Assembly (NCBI GenBank): GCA_035546575.1 | Contig: DASZWN010000001.1 | Coordinates: forward strand, 119,254 to 183,253 | Source of the DNA: Minisyncoccota bacterium | Lineage (GTDB): Bacteria > Patescibacteriota > Minisyncoccia > Phycocordibacterales > SBAW01 | Reading direction: 5' to 3' | DNA length: 64,000 nt | In this document: positions 1 through 7,826 of the stretch, one piece after another | How the letters are laid out: each line of letters begins with the position of its first letter | Numbering within the stretch: the first letter of the stretch is position 1 | The notes under the pieces: model-generated | Database searches by the model: none | Told to the model about the DNA's origin: nothing | What the model saw: only the letters and a program-made list of their open reading frames with translations | Translations under genes and position numbers: made by a program

Positions 1-1152
1 TGCTCCGCCGGTCGATTGAATGTCGATTCTCCAACCCGTGAGCTTTGCTGCAAGGCGCACGTTTTGGCCGCCGCGGCCGATAGCGAGGCTCTGCTGGTCC
101 TCGGCAACTTTGATAGTTGCTTTATGCTCACCCTCGTCCAAATCTACCGAGACAATGCGCGCAGGGGAGAGGGCCTCCTGGATAAATGCTTTAGTGTCTT
201 CGTTCCACTCGATAATGTCGATCTTTTCGCCACCGAGTTCCGAGGTAACGGTGCTTACGCGCACACCGCGCTGGCCAACCAGTGAGCCAACCGGGTCAAC
301 ATGCGGGTCGGTCGATGCAACAGCAACCTTTGAGCGGCTGCCAGCCTCGCGAGCGATAGCTTTAAACACCACGGTGCCGTGTGCGGCCTCGGGAGCTTCC
401 ATCTCAAACAATTTTGCGAGGAACTGCCCGTTGGCGCGCGAGAGGCGGAGGTAAATGCCGCGAGGAGATTCCTCTACTTGGTAAAGCAGTGCGCGGATGC
501 GCTCGCCTTGGCGATAGCGCTCGCCCGGGATCTGTTCCTCGTATGGCAAGATGCCCGTTGCACGGCCGAGGTCCACATAAATATTGCCGCGCTCCATACG
601 CTGCACGGTGCCCGAGACAATTTCGCCGGCGCGCTTGCCAAACTCTGCGACAACAGAAACTTTTTCCGCTTCGCGGATCTTCTGGATAATGACCTGCTTT
701 GCAGTTTGTGCGGCAATGCGGCCGTAGTCGTCCTTGGCCTCAAGCGGGAAGACAAGCTCGTCTCCAACCTGCGCGTCGCGCTTGATAAACTTGGCGTCTG
801 CAAGGAGGATGTGCTGCTCGGGGTTGAAGTAAGGCAACTCAACAGCGCCTTCAGTTACTTCGTCTACCGGCGCAGTATGGCGTGCAGGCTTGTGCAACTC
901 TTCCGGAATCTCTTCGCCCTCTTCGCCAAAACGAACGGTGTTCTCGTCGACGACTTCCTTCACCTGTACAAACTGCGTGGTGCCTGCGTCCATGTCGATA
1001 ACGGCGCGGATAACCTGGCCCTTTTTTGCGTACTCTTTTTTATATGCGGTTGCGAGTGCGGCCTCGATAGCCTCGATAACCTTTGCACGAGGGATACCGC
1101 GCTCCTCTTCGAGCTCGCCCAATACCGAATTCATTACTTTAAGGTCAAACAT
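1..1152 (-). CDS. nusA: Transcription termination/antitermination factor NusA (partial; C-terminal end lies beyond the window start)
   Basis: Minus-strand translation from the ATG at 1152 reads MFDLKVMNSVLGELEEERGIPRAKVIEAIEAALATAYKKEY..., then S1-like and KH-like regions (IGRGGQNVRLAAKLTGWRIDIQS). The reading frame is still open at position 1. The ORF track misses it because it is truncated. Confidence 0.85.
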   Translation of the reverse strand, partial: MFDLKVMNSVLGELEEERGIPRAKVIEAIEAALATAYKKEYAKKGQVIRAVIDMDAGTTQFVQVKEVVDENTVRFGEEGEEIPEELHKPARHTAPVDEVTEGAVELPYFNPEQHILLADAKFIKRDAQVGDELVFPLEAKDDYGRIAAQTAKQVIIQKIREAEKVSVVAEFGKRAGEIVSGTVQRMERGNIYVDLGRATGILPYEEQIPGERYRQGERIRALLYQVEESPRGIYLRLSRANGQFLAKLFEMEAPEAAHGTVVFKAIAREAGSRSKVAVASTDPHVDPVGSLVGQRGVRVSTVTSELGGEKIDIIEWNEDTKAFIQEALSPARIVSVDLDEGEHKATIKVAEDQQSLAIGRGGQNVRLAAKLTGWRIDIQSTGGA

Positions 1153-1251
1153 ATAGTTGTTGTGATGTGTAAGTTTGGTAACAAAAAAACCGACCCTATT
1201 CAGGACGGTTATCAGTCAATATGAGTATACGCTTGTATACGGGTTAGTCAA

Positions 1252-1275
1252 CCTACCTGCCGGTAGGCAGGTAGG
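1252..1275. repeat. Palindromic element copy 1 (cctacctgcc-ggta-ggcaggtagg), intergenic between nusA and the gspE-like gene
   Basis: 10-bp arms with a 4-nt centre. Same core as the copies at 2472, 14472 and 32532. Confidence 0.7.
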
Positions 1276-1293
1276 CATTGTATACTATGTGTA

Positions 1294-2973
1294 ATGCAGG
1301 TTGATGAAGGGCAGCTCAGGGACTTTCTTATTGACTCAGGTCTGATGACCCGGAGCCAAGTGGCCGATGCCACAAGGCACTCGCAAGAGGAAAGCCTGCC
1401 TCTTTATACAACGCTCTCGCAGGGCGGTTACCTTGCGGCCGACGAGCTGCGCCGCGCGCTTGCCCACGCCTCGGGGGTAGCGTTTGTGCAGCTTAAGCAT
1501 GACGACATCTCCGCCAATGCGCTTGTGCTTATACCCGAGCCGGTCGCCCGCACCTACAACATGGTTGCGTTTAAGCAAGACGGCAACATAGTTGAGGTTG
1601 CGATGCTCGACTTGGCCGACTTGTCGCGTATCGACTTTTTGCGCGAAAAGCACGGCCTTACCATTGTGCCGCGGCTCACGACTGCCGAGTCTATAAAGCG
1701 CGCGCTCCATATCTACCAGAAGCATCTTAAAGAAAAGTTTTCGGCGCTGTTGCAGCATGGCACTACTGCTGTCGATGCGCTCATCCACCACGCGATACTC
1801 TCGTATGCCTCGGGCGTGCATCTCGACTTACACGACACGAGCATGTTGGTGCGCTACCGCATACAAGGTGTGCTCCACGAGGCAATGCGCTTGCCTGCCG
1901 ATGCCGCCACGATGCTCGAGCGTCTTAAAGAGTTGGCAAAGTTATCGCTCACACTGCATGTACCGCAAGAAGGCAGCTTTAGAGTCGAGATGGAAGGTGG
2001 GGACCAGGTAGGCGTGCGCGTTGCAACAGCACCAACCGCAAACGGCGAGCGCATGGTGCTGCACTTGACCCCCGATCGTGTTAGCAGCACCGGCTTTACG
2101 CTCTCGTCGCTTGGGCTGCACGGGCAAGCGCTCGAGGAAGCGCATCACATGCTGCAAACACGCTCAGGCCTTATTGTTGTGGCAGGGCGCGCGGGTGCGG
2201 GTAAAACTACAACGCTCTACACACTGCTCGACAATCTCTCGCAGCGCGACGCTGCAATCGCCACTATCGAGAGCGAGATAGAGCATCGCTTCCCGCATAT
2301 TGCACAGACACAAGTACGCCCCGACATCGGCGTAACATACGCGTCTGGTTTGCGTGCGCTGCTTAAACAAGACCCGGACATGGTAATGGTGGGGGAACTG
2401 AATGACGAAAAGACCGCAGCGCTCGCCGCGGCCGCAGCTGCGCGCGGCGTGCTGGTGCTCGCAGGCGTTGACCTGCCTGCCGGTAGGCAGGGGCTCGCTG
2501 CTGCAGCAATAGAGGTGCTGCGCGGGTTTGGTATCTCCGACCATTTGCTCGCGTCAACCTTACGCGGGGTTATAGGCGTGGAAGTTGTACGCAAACTTTG
2601 TAAAGAAGAGCGCGAGGAATATAGGCTTTCGCGCGCCGAGGGCGAGCCCATGGAGGGGCGGGCCAACTTTGGCCACGTGCTAGCGCAGCTTAAAGAGGAG
2701 GGGATAGTCCACAAAGACCTACCCTGGAAGGAATTACTGTTTGCCCGGGCCGAGCCCTGCTCTAACTGCGAGGATGGTTATGTGGGCCAAGTTGGCCTGC
2801 AGGAGGTGCTCCCCATCACCGCTACTATTAAAGAGAAGCTTATGGCTGGGGCCTTGGCCGAGGATATCGAGGCCTTGGCTCGGGCAGACGGGATGACCAC
2901 TACTATAGAAGACGGGCTTTTTAAGGCTGCCCAAGGAATAACAAGCGTTGAGGAGGTAGTTCGGGTTGTCTAA
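1294..2973 (+). CDS. Type II secretion / type IV pilus assembly ATPase, GspE/PilB family
   Basis: N-terminal T2SSE_N/MshEN-like domain. Walker A GRAGAGKTTT. Walker B/Glu box DPDMVMVGELND. C-terminal Cys cluster CSNCEDGY. The His box and Asp box look degenerate. Palindrome copy 2 lies in-frame at 2472-2493 and encodes LPAGRQG. Confidence 0.8.
   Translation: MQVDEGQLRDFLIDSGLMTRSQVADATRHSQEESLPLYTTLSQGGYLAADELRRALAHASGVAFVQLKHDDISANALVLIPEPVARTYNMVAFKQDGNIVEVAMLDLADLSRIDFLREKHGLTIVPRLTTAESIKRALHIYQKHLKEKFSALLQHGTTAVDALIHHAILSYASGVHLDLHDTSMLVRYRIQGVLHEAMRLPADAATMLERLKELAKLSLTLHVPQEGSFRVEMEGGDQVGVRVATAPTANGERMVLHLTPDRVSSTGFTLSSLGLHGQALEEAHHMLQTRSGLIVVAGRAGAGKTTTLYTLLDNLSQRDAAIATIESEIEHRFPHIAQTQVRPDIGVTYASGLRALLKQDPDMVMVGELNDEKTAALAAAAAARGVLVLAGVDLPAGRQGLAAAAIEVLRGFGISDHLLASTLRGVIGVEVVRKLCKEEREEYRLSRAEGEPMEGRANFGHVLAQLKEEGIVHKDLPWKELLFARAEPCSNCEDGYVGQVGLQEVLPITATIKEKLMAGALAEDIEALARADGMTTTIEDGLFKAAQGITSVEEVVRVV
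2472..2493. repeat. Palindromic element copy 2 (cctgcctgcc-ggta-ggcagggg), inside the gspE-like CDS
   Basis: Same core as 1252, 14472 and 32532. In-frame, encoding DLPAGRQGL. Confidence 0.7.
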
Positions 2974-3054
2974 ACAGTAGATTTTAAAAAATCGCCCAAA
3001 TACCTATATTTTAGGCCACATTCTGGCTACTCGAGAAGTAACTTGACCACATAC

Positions 3055-3083
3055 TTGACAAATAGTCCAATAGGGTGTATACT
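3055..3083 (+). promoter_or_regulatory. Sigma70-like promoter, TTGACA-17-TATACT
   Basis: Near-consensus -35 TTGACA at 3055-3060, a 17-nt spacer, and -10 TATACT at 3078-3083. A second TTGACC lies at 3043. It sits in an AT-rich segment downstream of the gspE-like gene. Confidence 0.5.
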
Positions 3084-3111
3084 TATACCAGTTACGATCG
3101 ATTACATATTC

Positions 3112-3162
3112 TTGGGTAAGCAGCTTTTAGAGGAGGCGGCACACCATCATCACCATATATAG
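3112..3162 (+). CDS. Candidate leader peptide, 16 aa, M(TTG)GKQLLEEAAHHHHHI, with five consecutive His codons
   Basis: TTG start about 25 nt downstream of the predicted transcription start. The run CAC CAT CAT CAC CAT lies immediately before the stop. It is followed by a 9-bp perfect palindrome (3158-3176) and a terminator-like hairpin. Confidence 0.3.
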   Translation: MGKQLLEEAAHHHHHI

Positions 3163-3177
3163 ACTGTCTATATATAG

Positions 3178-3228
3178 AGGCGATTGGGGAGCATTTCTTC
3201 TAAAGGAATACTGCCCAATCGCCTTTTT
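3178..3228 (+). terminator. Terminator/attenuator-like hairpin: 11-bp stem (aggcgattggg/cccaatcgcct), 25-nt loop, then TTTTT
   Basis: Perfect 11-bp inverted repeat followed by a T-run on the plus strand. Lies downstream of the His-codon ORF. Confidence 0.45.
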
Positions 3229-3405
3229 CGTTAGGGCGGATCGTTAGCCTGGTCTCTGACAACAAAATAGCAATTAGGAATAAAGCAGAACAATAGTGGC
3301 AAAGCCACAACTGATGTTGTTCCTCGTTGCCGGACTGACTCACCTAGTCGGTACGGTACGAGGGATCGCTTCCGCGATACCCGATAGTTCAACAGGAGAG
3401 AAGTC

Positions 3406-3528
3406 ATGAAGATCATTCGTAAGGTCGGTAATTGGTGGATGAGCCTCAGTCTCGGCGAGGCTGCGATCATCTCGTTCGGTTCGGCTGTGGCGGCAATGGT
3501 TGCCATAGCAGCGATCGTCGCCAGCTAG
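3406..3528 (+). CDS. Small hydrophobic peptide, 40 aa: MKIIRKVGNWWMSLSLGEAAIISFGSAVAAMVAIAAIVAS
   Basis: Strong SD (caGGAGAgaagtcATG). Single predicted TM helix. The stop is followed at once by a 12-bp perfect hairpin at 3536-3565. Not in the ORF track because it is under 60 aa. The overlapping antisense ORF 3231..3506 has poor codon usage. Confidence 0.35.
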   Translation: MKIIRKVGNWWMSLSLGEAAIISFGSAVAAMVAIAAIVAS

Positions 3529-3647
3529 TTCGTTCGGTAACCTGCAATACGTTTTGCAGGTTACCGATCCATTCAAGTACTTGATTCGCTCGAGTATTTT
3601 AATGGGAGTAGATTATCGAAACCACCGAATGCGCGTCGGTATCGCGC

Positions 3648-3914
3648 ATGAGCCCGATGGAGGGCAAGATGTACAAAGTTCAAGTTGGGGTGTGCGGTTT
3701 GGTTCTTTTTGGTCTGCTCGGACTTGTGTTTGTGTACGGAGGGTTATTCGCATTCTTAATCGCGTTTATTGCGACGCTCGCATCTCATCGTATGGCCGTG
3801 GTTACGGCACATGAGGAGCTTGCAGAGCTGACCAAGACGCTGATTTCGCTAAGTGCGGAGAATTCCCGCTACTATCAGAAGTTCGGGGAACTGGAAGAAT
3901 CATCCGCCACCTAA
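3648..3914 (+). CDS. Hypothetical small membrane protein; likely start at the ATG at 3669 (MYKVQVGV...)
   Basis: ORF-track ORF. SD GGAGGG 4-5 nt before the ATG at 3669. One TM segment plus a charged C-terminus. An operator-like inverted repeat lies upstream. Confidence 0.4.
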   Translation: MSPMEGKMYKVQVGVCGLVLFGLLGLVFVYGGLFAFLIAFIATLASHRMAVVTAHEELAELTKTLISLSAENSRYYQKFGELEESSAT

Positions 3915-4049
3915 GCTCAGGGCGTCGTTGATGTAAACGTCTACGACGCCCATCCATTCAAGTACTCAAGATATTGAATATTTGAATGGGTCCATAGTGC
4001 GGCCCTGAACGCGAGCATTGTGCTCGCACAACGCTGAGGAGAAGTTAGA

Positions 4050-4352
4050 ATGGAAATGATGATCACGCGGGTGCACAATATGCCCGCTTTCCTGATCCCT
4101 GGGGCGTACGATCTTCTGCGGCCGGTTCCGGTCGAGGTCGTCCAGCAAGTGCGGCAGGAGCGTCAGCGTCCGGCCAAGCCGTTGGTGGTTCTGGCCAAGA
4201 AGCAGCCGCAGGTGCTGCTGCCTGCATCCATCACCACACCGACGCATTCGACGAAGTTCTACGAGCCCAAGAAGCTCGACTCCTGCATCGTCGTGGTCCG
4301 GCGCAAGGGTCGCGGGGTGCGTTCCCCGCGCGTGAAGTTCCGGGTCCACTAG
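4050..4352 (+). CDS. Hypothetical protein, 100 aa, basic C-terminus
   Basis: SD GAGGAG 8 nt upstream. Strong GC3 bias in this frame, about 62% GC, higher than the neighbouring genes. Operator-like inverted repeat upstream. Confidence 0.45.
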   Translation: MEMMITRVHNMPAFLIPGAYDLLRPVPVEVVQQVRQERQRPAKPLVVLAKKQPQVLLPASITTPTHSTKFYEPKKLDSCIVVVRRKGRGVRSPRVKFRVH

Positions 4353-4693
4353 TCCGAGTTCGGTGGCGATTGTAATGGCTCAAACCCATTACACTCGCCG
4401 CCCCTTTCAAGCATTTATCCGTCTCGATGCCGAGATGAGTGTTTGAAAGGGGAGGTTAGTATGTGCGTACTCCCCACAAGTTCTTCTCGCTGCGCTGGTT
4501 AACGCCCCGTGAGCCATGCGCGCGGTTGGCGCGGCGATCCCGACGAGTGTACTTCGTGCAGGGATCGCCGCCGCCTTCTTCTTTGTGGCAGTTTTTGGGC
4601 TATAAACGGATCCTCTACACTTCAGTCGACACAAATCCTGGGATTTGCATCGATTGGAGCGACCCGTTTGTAGCCCTAAGACTGTCATACCAA

Positions 4694-4718
4694 GCCCTGC
4701 CCAACGGCGGGGCTTTTT
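4694..4718 (+). terminator. Intrinsic terminator (gccctgcc-caac-ggcggggc + TTTTT)
   Basis: 8-bp GC-rich stem with one G-U pair, tetraloop, U5 tract. Ends the structured region 4353-4718 just upstream of tpiA. Confidence 0.7.
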
Positions 4719-4742
4719 CCTACCCAAAAATGGTATAGTTGC

Positions 4743-5504
4743 TTGGTGAAGAAACGCCTCGTTGTCGGTAACTGGAAGATGTATATCACCTCAGCCGACA
4801 CTGCGAGTGAGTTTGCACTAATGTTGCGTAAAAAAGCTCGAGGACTCTCGGGCGCTGAGGTACTTATTGCGCCGTCTTTTACGCTCATACCCGTAGTTGC
4901 TGATGTGCTTGCAAGCTCGAGCATTCGCGTAGGAGCACAAGCGCTCTCAAGCTATACCGACGAGAAACATACCGGCGATGTCTCGGGCGCGATGCTGCGC
5001 GCCGCTGGTGCTAGCTTTGTAATTGTCGGCCACTCTGAGCGCCGCGCTGCGGGCGACACCGATGCGCTTGTGCATGCGCAGCTTGAGAATGCGATATCCG
5101 CAAAGCTTATGCCGATTTTGTGCGTAGGCGAGCTTGAGCGCACGCATGAGGCCGACCATTTTTCTTTTGTTGAAGAGCAGCTCAATACGGCGCTTATGGG
5201 CATTCCCAAAAATTTACTGAAGAAACTGGTGGTCGCATATGAGCCCGTGTGGGCGATAGGAAAAAGTGCTGCAGATGCGATGAAGCCGAGCGATGTGCAG
5301 GAGATGACTATTTTTATACGCAAAATTCTAACAGAGATCCTCGATCGCAAGATGGCACAACGCACTCCAGTTTTGTACGGTGGTTCAGTCGAGCCGGACA
5401 ACGCACCGACGCTACTTAAAGAGGGAGATGTCTCCGGTTTTTTGGTCGGGCACGCTAGCACGAATGTCGACTCGTTTGTGTCTATACTAAAAGCCGTTCG
5501 TTAG
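4743..5504 (+). CDS. tpiA: Triosephosphate isomerase
   Basis: VGNWKM, GHSERR, AYEPVWAIG, YGGSV motifs. TTG start per the ORF track. Confidence 0.92.
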   Translation: MVKKRLVVGNWKMYITSADTASEFALMLRKKARGLSGAEVLIAPSFTLIPVVADVLASSSIRVGAQALSSYTDEKHTGDVSGAMLRAAGASFVIVGHSERRAAGDTDALVHAQLENAISAKLMPILCVGELERTHEADHFSFVEEQLNTALMGIPKNLLKKLVVAYEPVWAIGKSAADAMKPSDVQEMTIFIRKILTEILDRKMAQRTPVLYGGSVEPDNAPTLLKEGDVSGFLVGHASTNVDSFVSILKAVR

Positions 5505-5512
5505 AACCCGCA

Positions 5513-6481
5513 ATGATTAAACCAGTAGTAAGGTCAGTGAGAGATGCAGAGGTGAGCGGCAAGCGAGTGCTCGTGCGCGTCGACTTTAATGTGCCGATCA
5601 AGGACGGCAAGGTGGCGGAAGACATGCGCATTCGCGTGGCAATTCCAACGCTAGAACTCATTCACGAGCACGGAGCGTCGCAAATTGTATTGATCACACA
5701 TATTGGCCGGCCCGATGGAAAGGTTGTCGAAGAGTTACGCGTTGCTCCGGTTGCAGCACGTTTGCGTGAGCTAACCTCAATACCGTTTACCATGGAGGAA
5801 AATCTACGCTTTGACCCAGGCGACGAGGCCAACGACCCCGAGTTTGCAAAAAAGCTGGCAAGTCTCGGAGATATATTTGTAAACGACGCATTCTCGGTCT
5901 CGCATCGTGCGCATGCCTCCACGGTTGGCGTGGCGCAACTCCTGCCATCGTATGCGGGGCTTAATTTGGAAAAAGAGATCGAAAAACTCTCAGGCGCACT
6001 CACGCCGCCCCAAGGCGCGGTCGCGCTCATGGCCGTTACCAAAAAAGACAAGATCCCTCTTATCGACAAATTAGCGGGGCTCTACGCCAAGGTGCTTGTG
6101 GGCGGCCCTGTCCCGCCAGACTACGTGCCGAGCGCGCCAAACATCTTAATTCCAGCAGACGGCATCCCGGAGCTTACAGGCTTGCTTGATATTGGCCCTA
6201 ATACTCGCGAAGCATGGGTCGCATATGTGGCTCAGGCTCCGTTTGTGCTCTGGAACGGCCCTTTGGGTTGGTATGAAAAAGGGTACACGCAGAGTACCGA
6301 TGCTATTGCAAACCAGATCATCGCAAGCGGTACCGAGGCAGTGATAGGTGGAGGCGATACGGTTGCTGCACTTGAGAAGTTTCAATTCAACAGAGAAAAA
6401 GTTTTTATCTCCACGGGCGGAGGAGCAATGCTCGAGTTTTTGATAGCAGGCACCTTGCCCGGGATTGAGGTGCTAAAATAG
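5513..6481 (+). CDS. pgk: Phosphoglycerate kinase (compact, 322 aa)
   Basis: RVDFNVP, DAFSVSHRAH, WNGPLG, GGGDT, STGGGA motifs. Confidence 0.9.
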   Translation: MIKPVVRSVRDAEVSGKRVLVRVDFNVPIKDGKVAEDMRIRVAIPTLELIHEHGASQIVLITHIGRPDGKVVEELRVAPVAARLRELTSIPFTMEENLRFDPGDEANDPEFAKKLASLGDIFVNDAFSVSHRAHASTVGVAQLLPSYAGLNLEKEIEKLSGALTPPQGAVALMAVTKKDKIPLIDKLAGLYAKVLVGGPVPPDYVPSAPNILIPADGIPELTGLLDIGPNTREAWVAYVAQAPFVLWNGPLGWYEKGYTQSTDAIANQIIASGTEAVIGGGDTVAALEKFQFNREKVFISTGGGAMLEFLIAGTLPGIEVLK

Positions 6482-6487
6482 AAACAT

Positions 6488-6814
6488 ATGTACCCGAAGG
6501 GGACCGTAGTTGCGAGTGTTATTGCCGCATGTGTCTTGCTGCTTTTGCTCGCTGGAGCATTTTGGTATGGAATCCATGCGCCCCCAGCTCCAACCGCTAT
6601 TACAGAACCTGCTCAGGACATCATGCAAGCGGCAGAAAACAGAAAACAAGATTTGCTGCAACTTGCCGCTACGCTACAAACAGGTACCTCTTCCGAAACT
6701 GATGCAAAGCGCATGAGGGAGTTTGAGCATTTGCAGTCGCACGATACATCGGTCGCCAATACTGCCGCCGAAGAACAGCGCAGACAAGACCTCCTAAAAA
6801 TCGAAATTAAATAA
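6488..6814 (+). CDS. Hypothetical membrane-anchored protein
   Basis: N-terminal TM helix followed by a charged coil. Confidence 0.5.
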   Translation: MYPKGTVVASVIAACVLLLLLAGAFWYGIHAPPAPTAITEPAQDIMQAAENRKQDLLQLAATLQTGTSSETDAKRMREFEHLQSHDTSVANTAAEEQRRQDLLKIEIK

Positions 6815-6818
6815 AAGC

Positions 6819-7808
6819 ATGCATCGCTTATCACTCAAGCAAAAAACGATATTCTTGTGGGGCATTGAGTTGGCTATGGCTGTTGCTTTGGTGCTGGCAA
6901 TTACAGCTCCTCGTGCATACGTACCCAACGCTCATGCGCAGGCCGCAACTAACGCGGGTACTCTTACAGGATATGCATGGAGCGAGAACGTAGGCTGGCT
7001 CAGTTTCAGCGGCAGCAACTATGGCGTTACTGTTTCTCCGACCGATGGCAACACTCTCACAGGATATGCATGGAGCGAGAACGTAGGCTGGGTCAGTTTT
7101 ACGTCGAGCGATTTATCGGGTTGTCCCTCAGGCGCATGCTCCGCACGACTTACCGGCACAAAACCAAATGTCTCTTTGGCGGGTTGGGCGCGCGCATGCG
7201 CAAGTACCGACAGCGGCGCATGTAGTGGGGCACAACATGTCGGTGGGTGGGATGGATGGATAAGCCTAAGTGGCACCTCTCCCAACTATAGTCCGACGAT
7301 TTCAACATACGCACCTAAGCCGGGGGCTGGCGGGATATTGGAAGGCTATGCGTGGGGGAGTACCGTAATGGGATGGTTGCAATTTAACCCAGCCTTCGGG
7401 GGAGTAACCGTTGCACTCACCGCATGCAACGACGGACTCGACGAAGATGGTGACGGCAATCCTGACCTAACCGACCCAGATTGTGTCGATCTCACTACCG
7501 ACTCTGAGGGTTCTACAGCAGTTGGTGCAGTAGATATCAAAGTAAACGGGAGCGATAGCCTTTCGGTGCGCAGTGGTTCCAGTGTGTCTGTGACTTGGAC
7601 GAGCGCTCTAGTTGGAGGATGTACGCTGCAGTCGCCATCCGGCACAAACTCAGTTGCTGCCCAAAACACTACAGGTACTCCATTTACCATAGCTGCTATC
7701 ACCAAGTTTGCGCTCACATGTACTACGCTTGTCGGCGGTAATCCGACGGGCCCTGCAATAAGCGACTCGGTCACGGTGCGACTTATTCCGGTATACAAAG
7801 AAATTTAG
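6819..7808 (+). CDS. Secreted/surface repeat protein; two LTGYAWSENVGW(L/V)SF repeats, Cys-rich middle, shared C-terminal domain ending IPVYKEI
   Basis: Signal-anchor N-terminus. Tandem repeats. The C-terminal ~90 aa align with the C-terminus of 15723..19997 (..VTW..C.L....G....T.FT..CT......IPV[YF][KQ]EI). Confidence 0.7.
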   Translation: MHRLSLKQKTIFLWGIELAMAVALVLAITAPRAYVPNAHAQAATNAGTLTGYAWSENVGWLSFSGSNYGVTVSPTDGNTLTGYAWSENVGWVSFTSSDLSGCPSGACSARLTGTKPNVSLAGWARACASTDSGACSGAQHVGGWDGWISLSGTSPNYSPTISTYAPKPGAGGILEGYAWGSTVMGWLQFNPAFGGVTVALTACNDGLDEDGDGNPDLTDPDCVDLTTDSEGSTAVGAVDIKVNGSDSLSVRSGSSVSVTWTSALVGGCTLQSPSGTNSVAAQNTTGTPFTIAAITKFALTCTTLVGGNPTGPAISDSVTVRLIPVYKEI

Positions 7809-7826
7809 CCCTATAATTGTAAGCAT

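Noticed and set aside
379-1224. 281-aa plus-strand ORF (also 20..454 and 381..689)
   Set aside because: Antisense to the clearly recognisable nusA coding sequence on the minus strand. No homology. A typical shadow ORF in GC-rich DNA.
3231-3506. 91-aa minus-strand ORF in the accessory island (and 3340..3576, 3966..4349, 4407..4727)
   Set aside because: Rare-codon-rich with no SD. The plus strand has better-supported small ORFs with SDs and GC3 bias, and the flanking hairpins are oriented for plus-strand transcription.
4353-4718. Possibility that the structured about 350-nt region is RNase P RNA, SRP RNA or a group II intron domain
   Set aside because: No CR-I (GGAAAGUCCGGGC), CR-IV (GGGUGAAA) or CR-V motifs, no SRP domain IV consensus, and no domain V-like GNRA-capped AGC hairpin. 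Left as an unclassified structured element.
4463-4738. 91-aa ORF from a GTG start running through the structured region into the terminator
   Set aside because: Low-complexity, Arg/Pro/Ser-rich translation that spans the terminator hairpin. More likely a non-coding structured RNA; only the 13-codon ATG ORF with an SD is noted.
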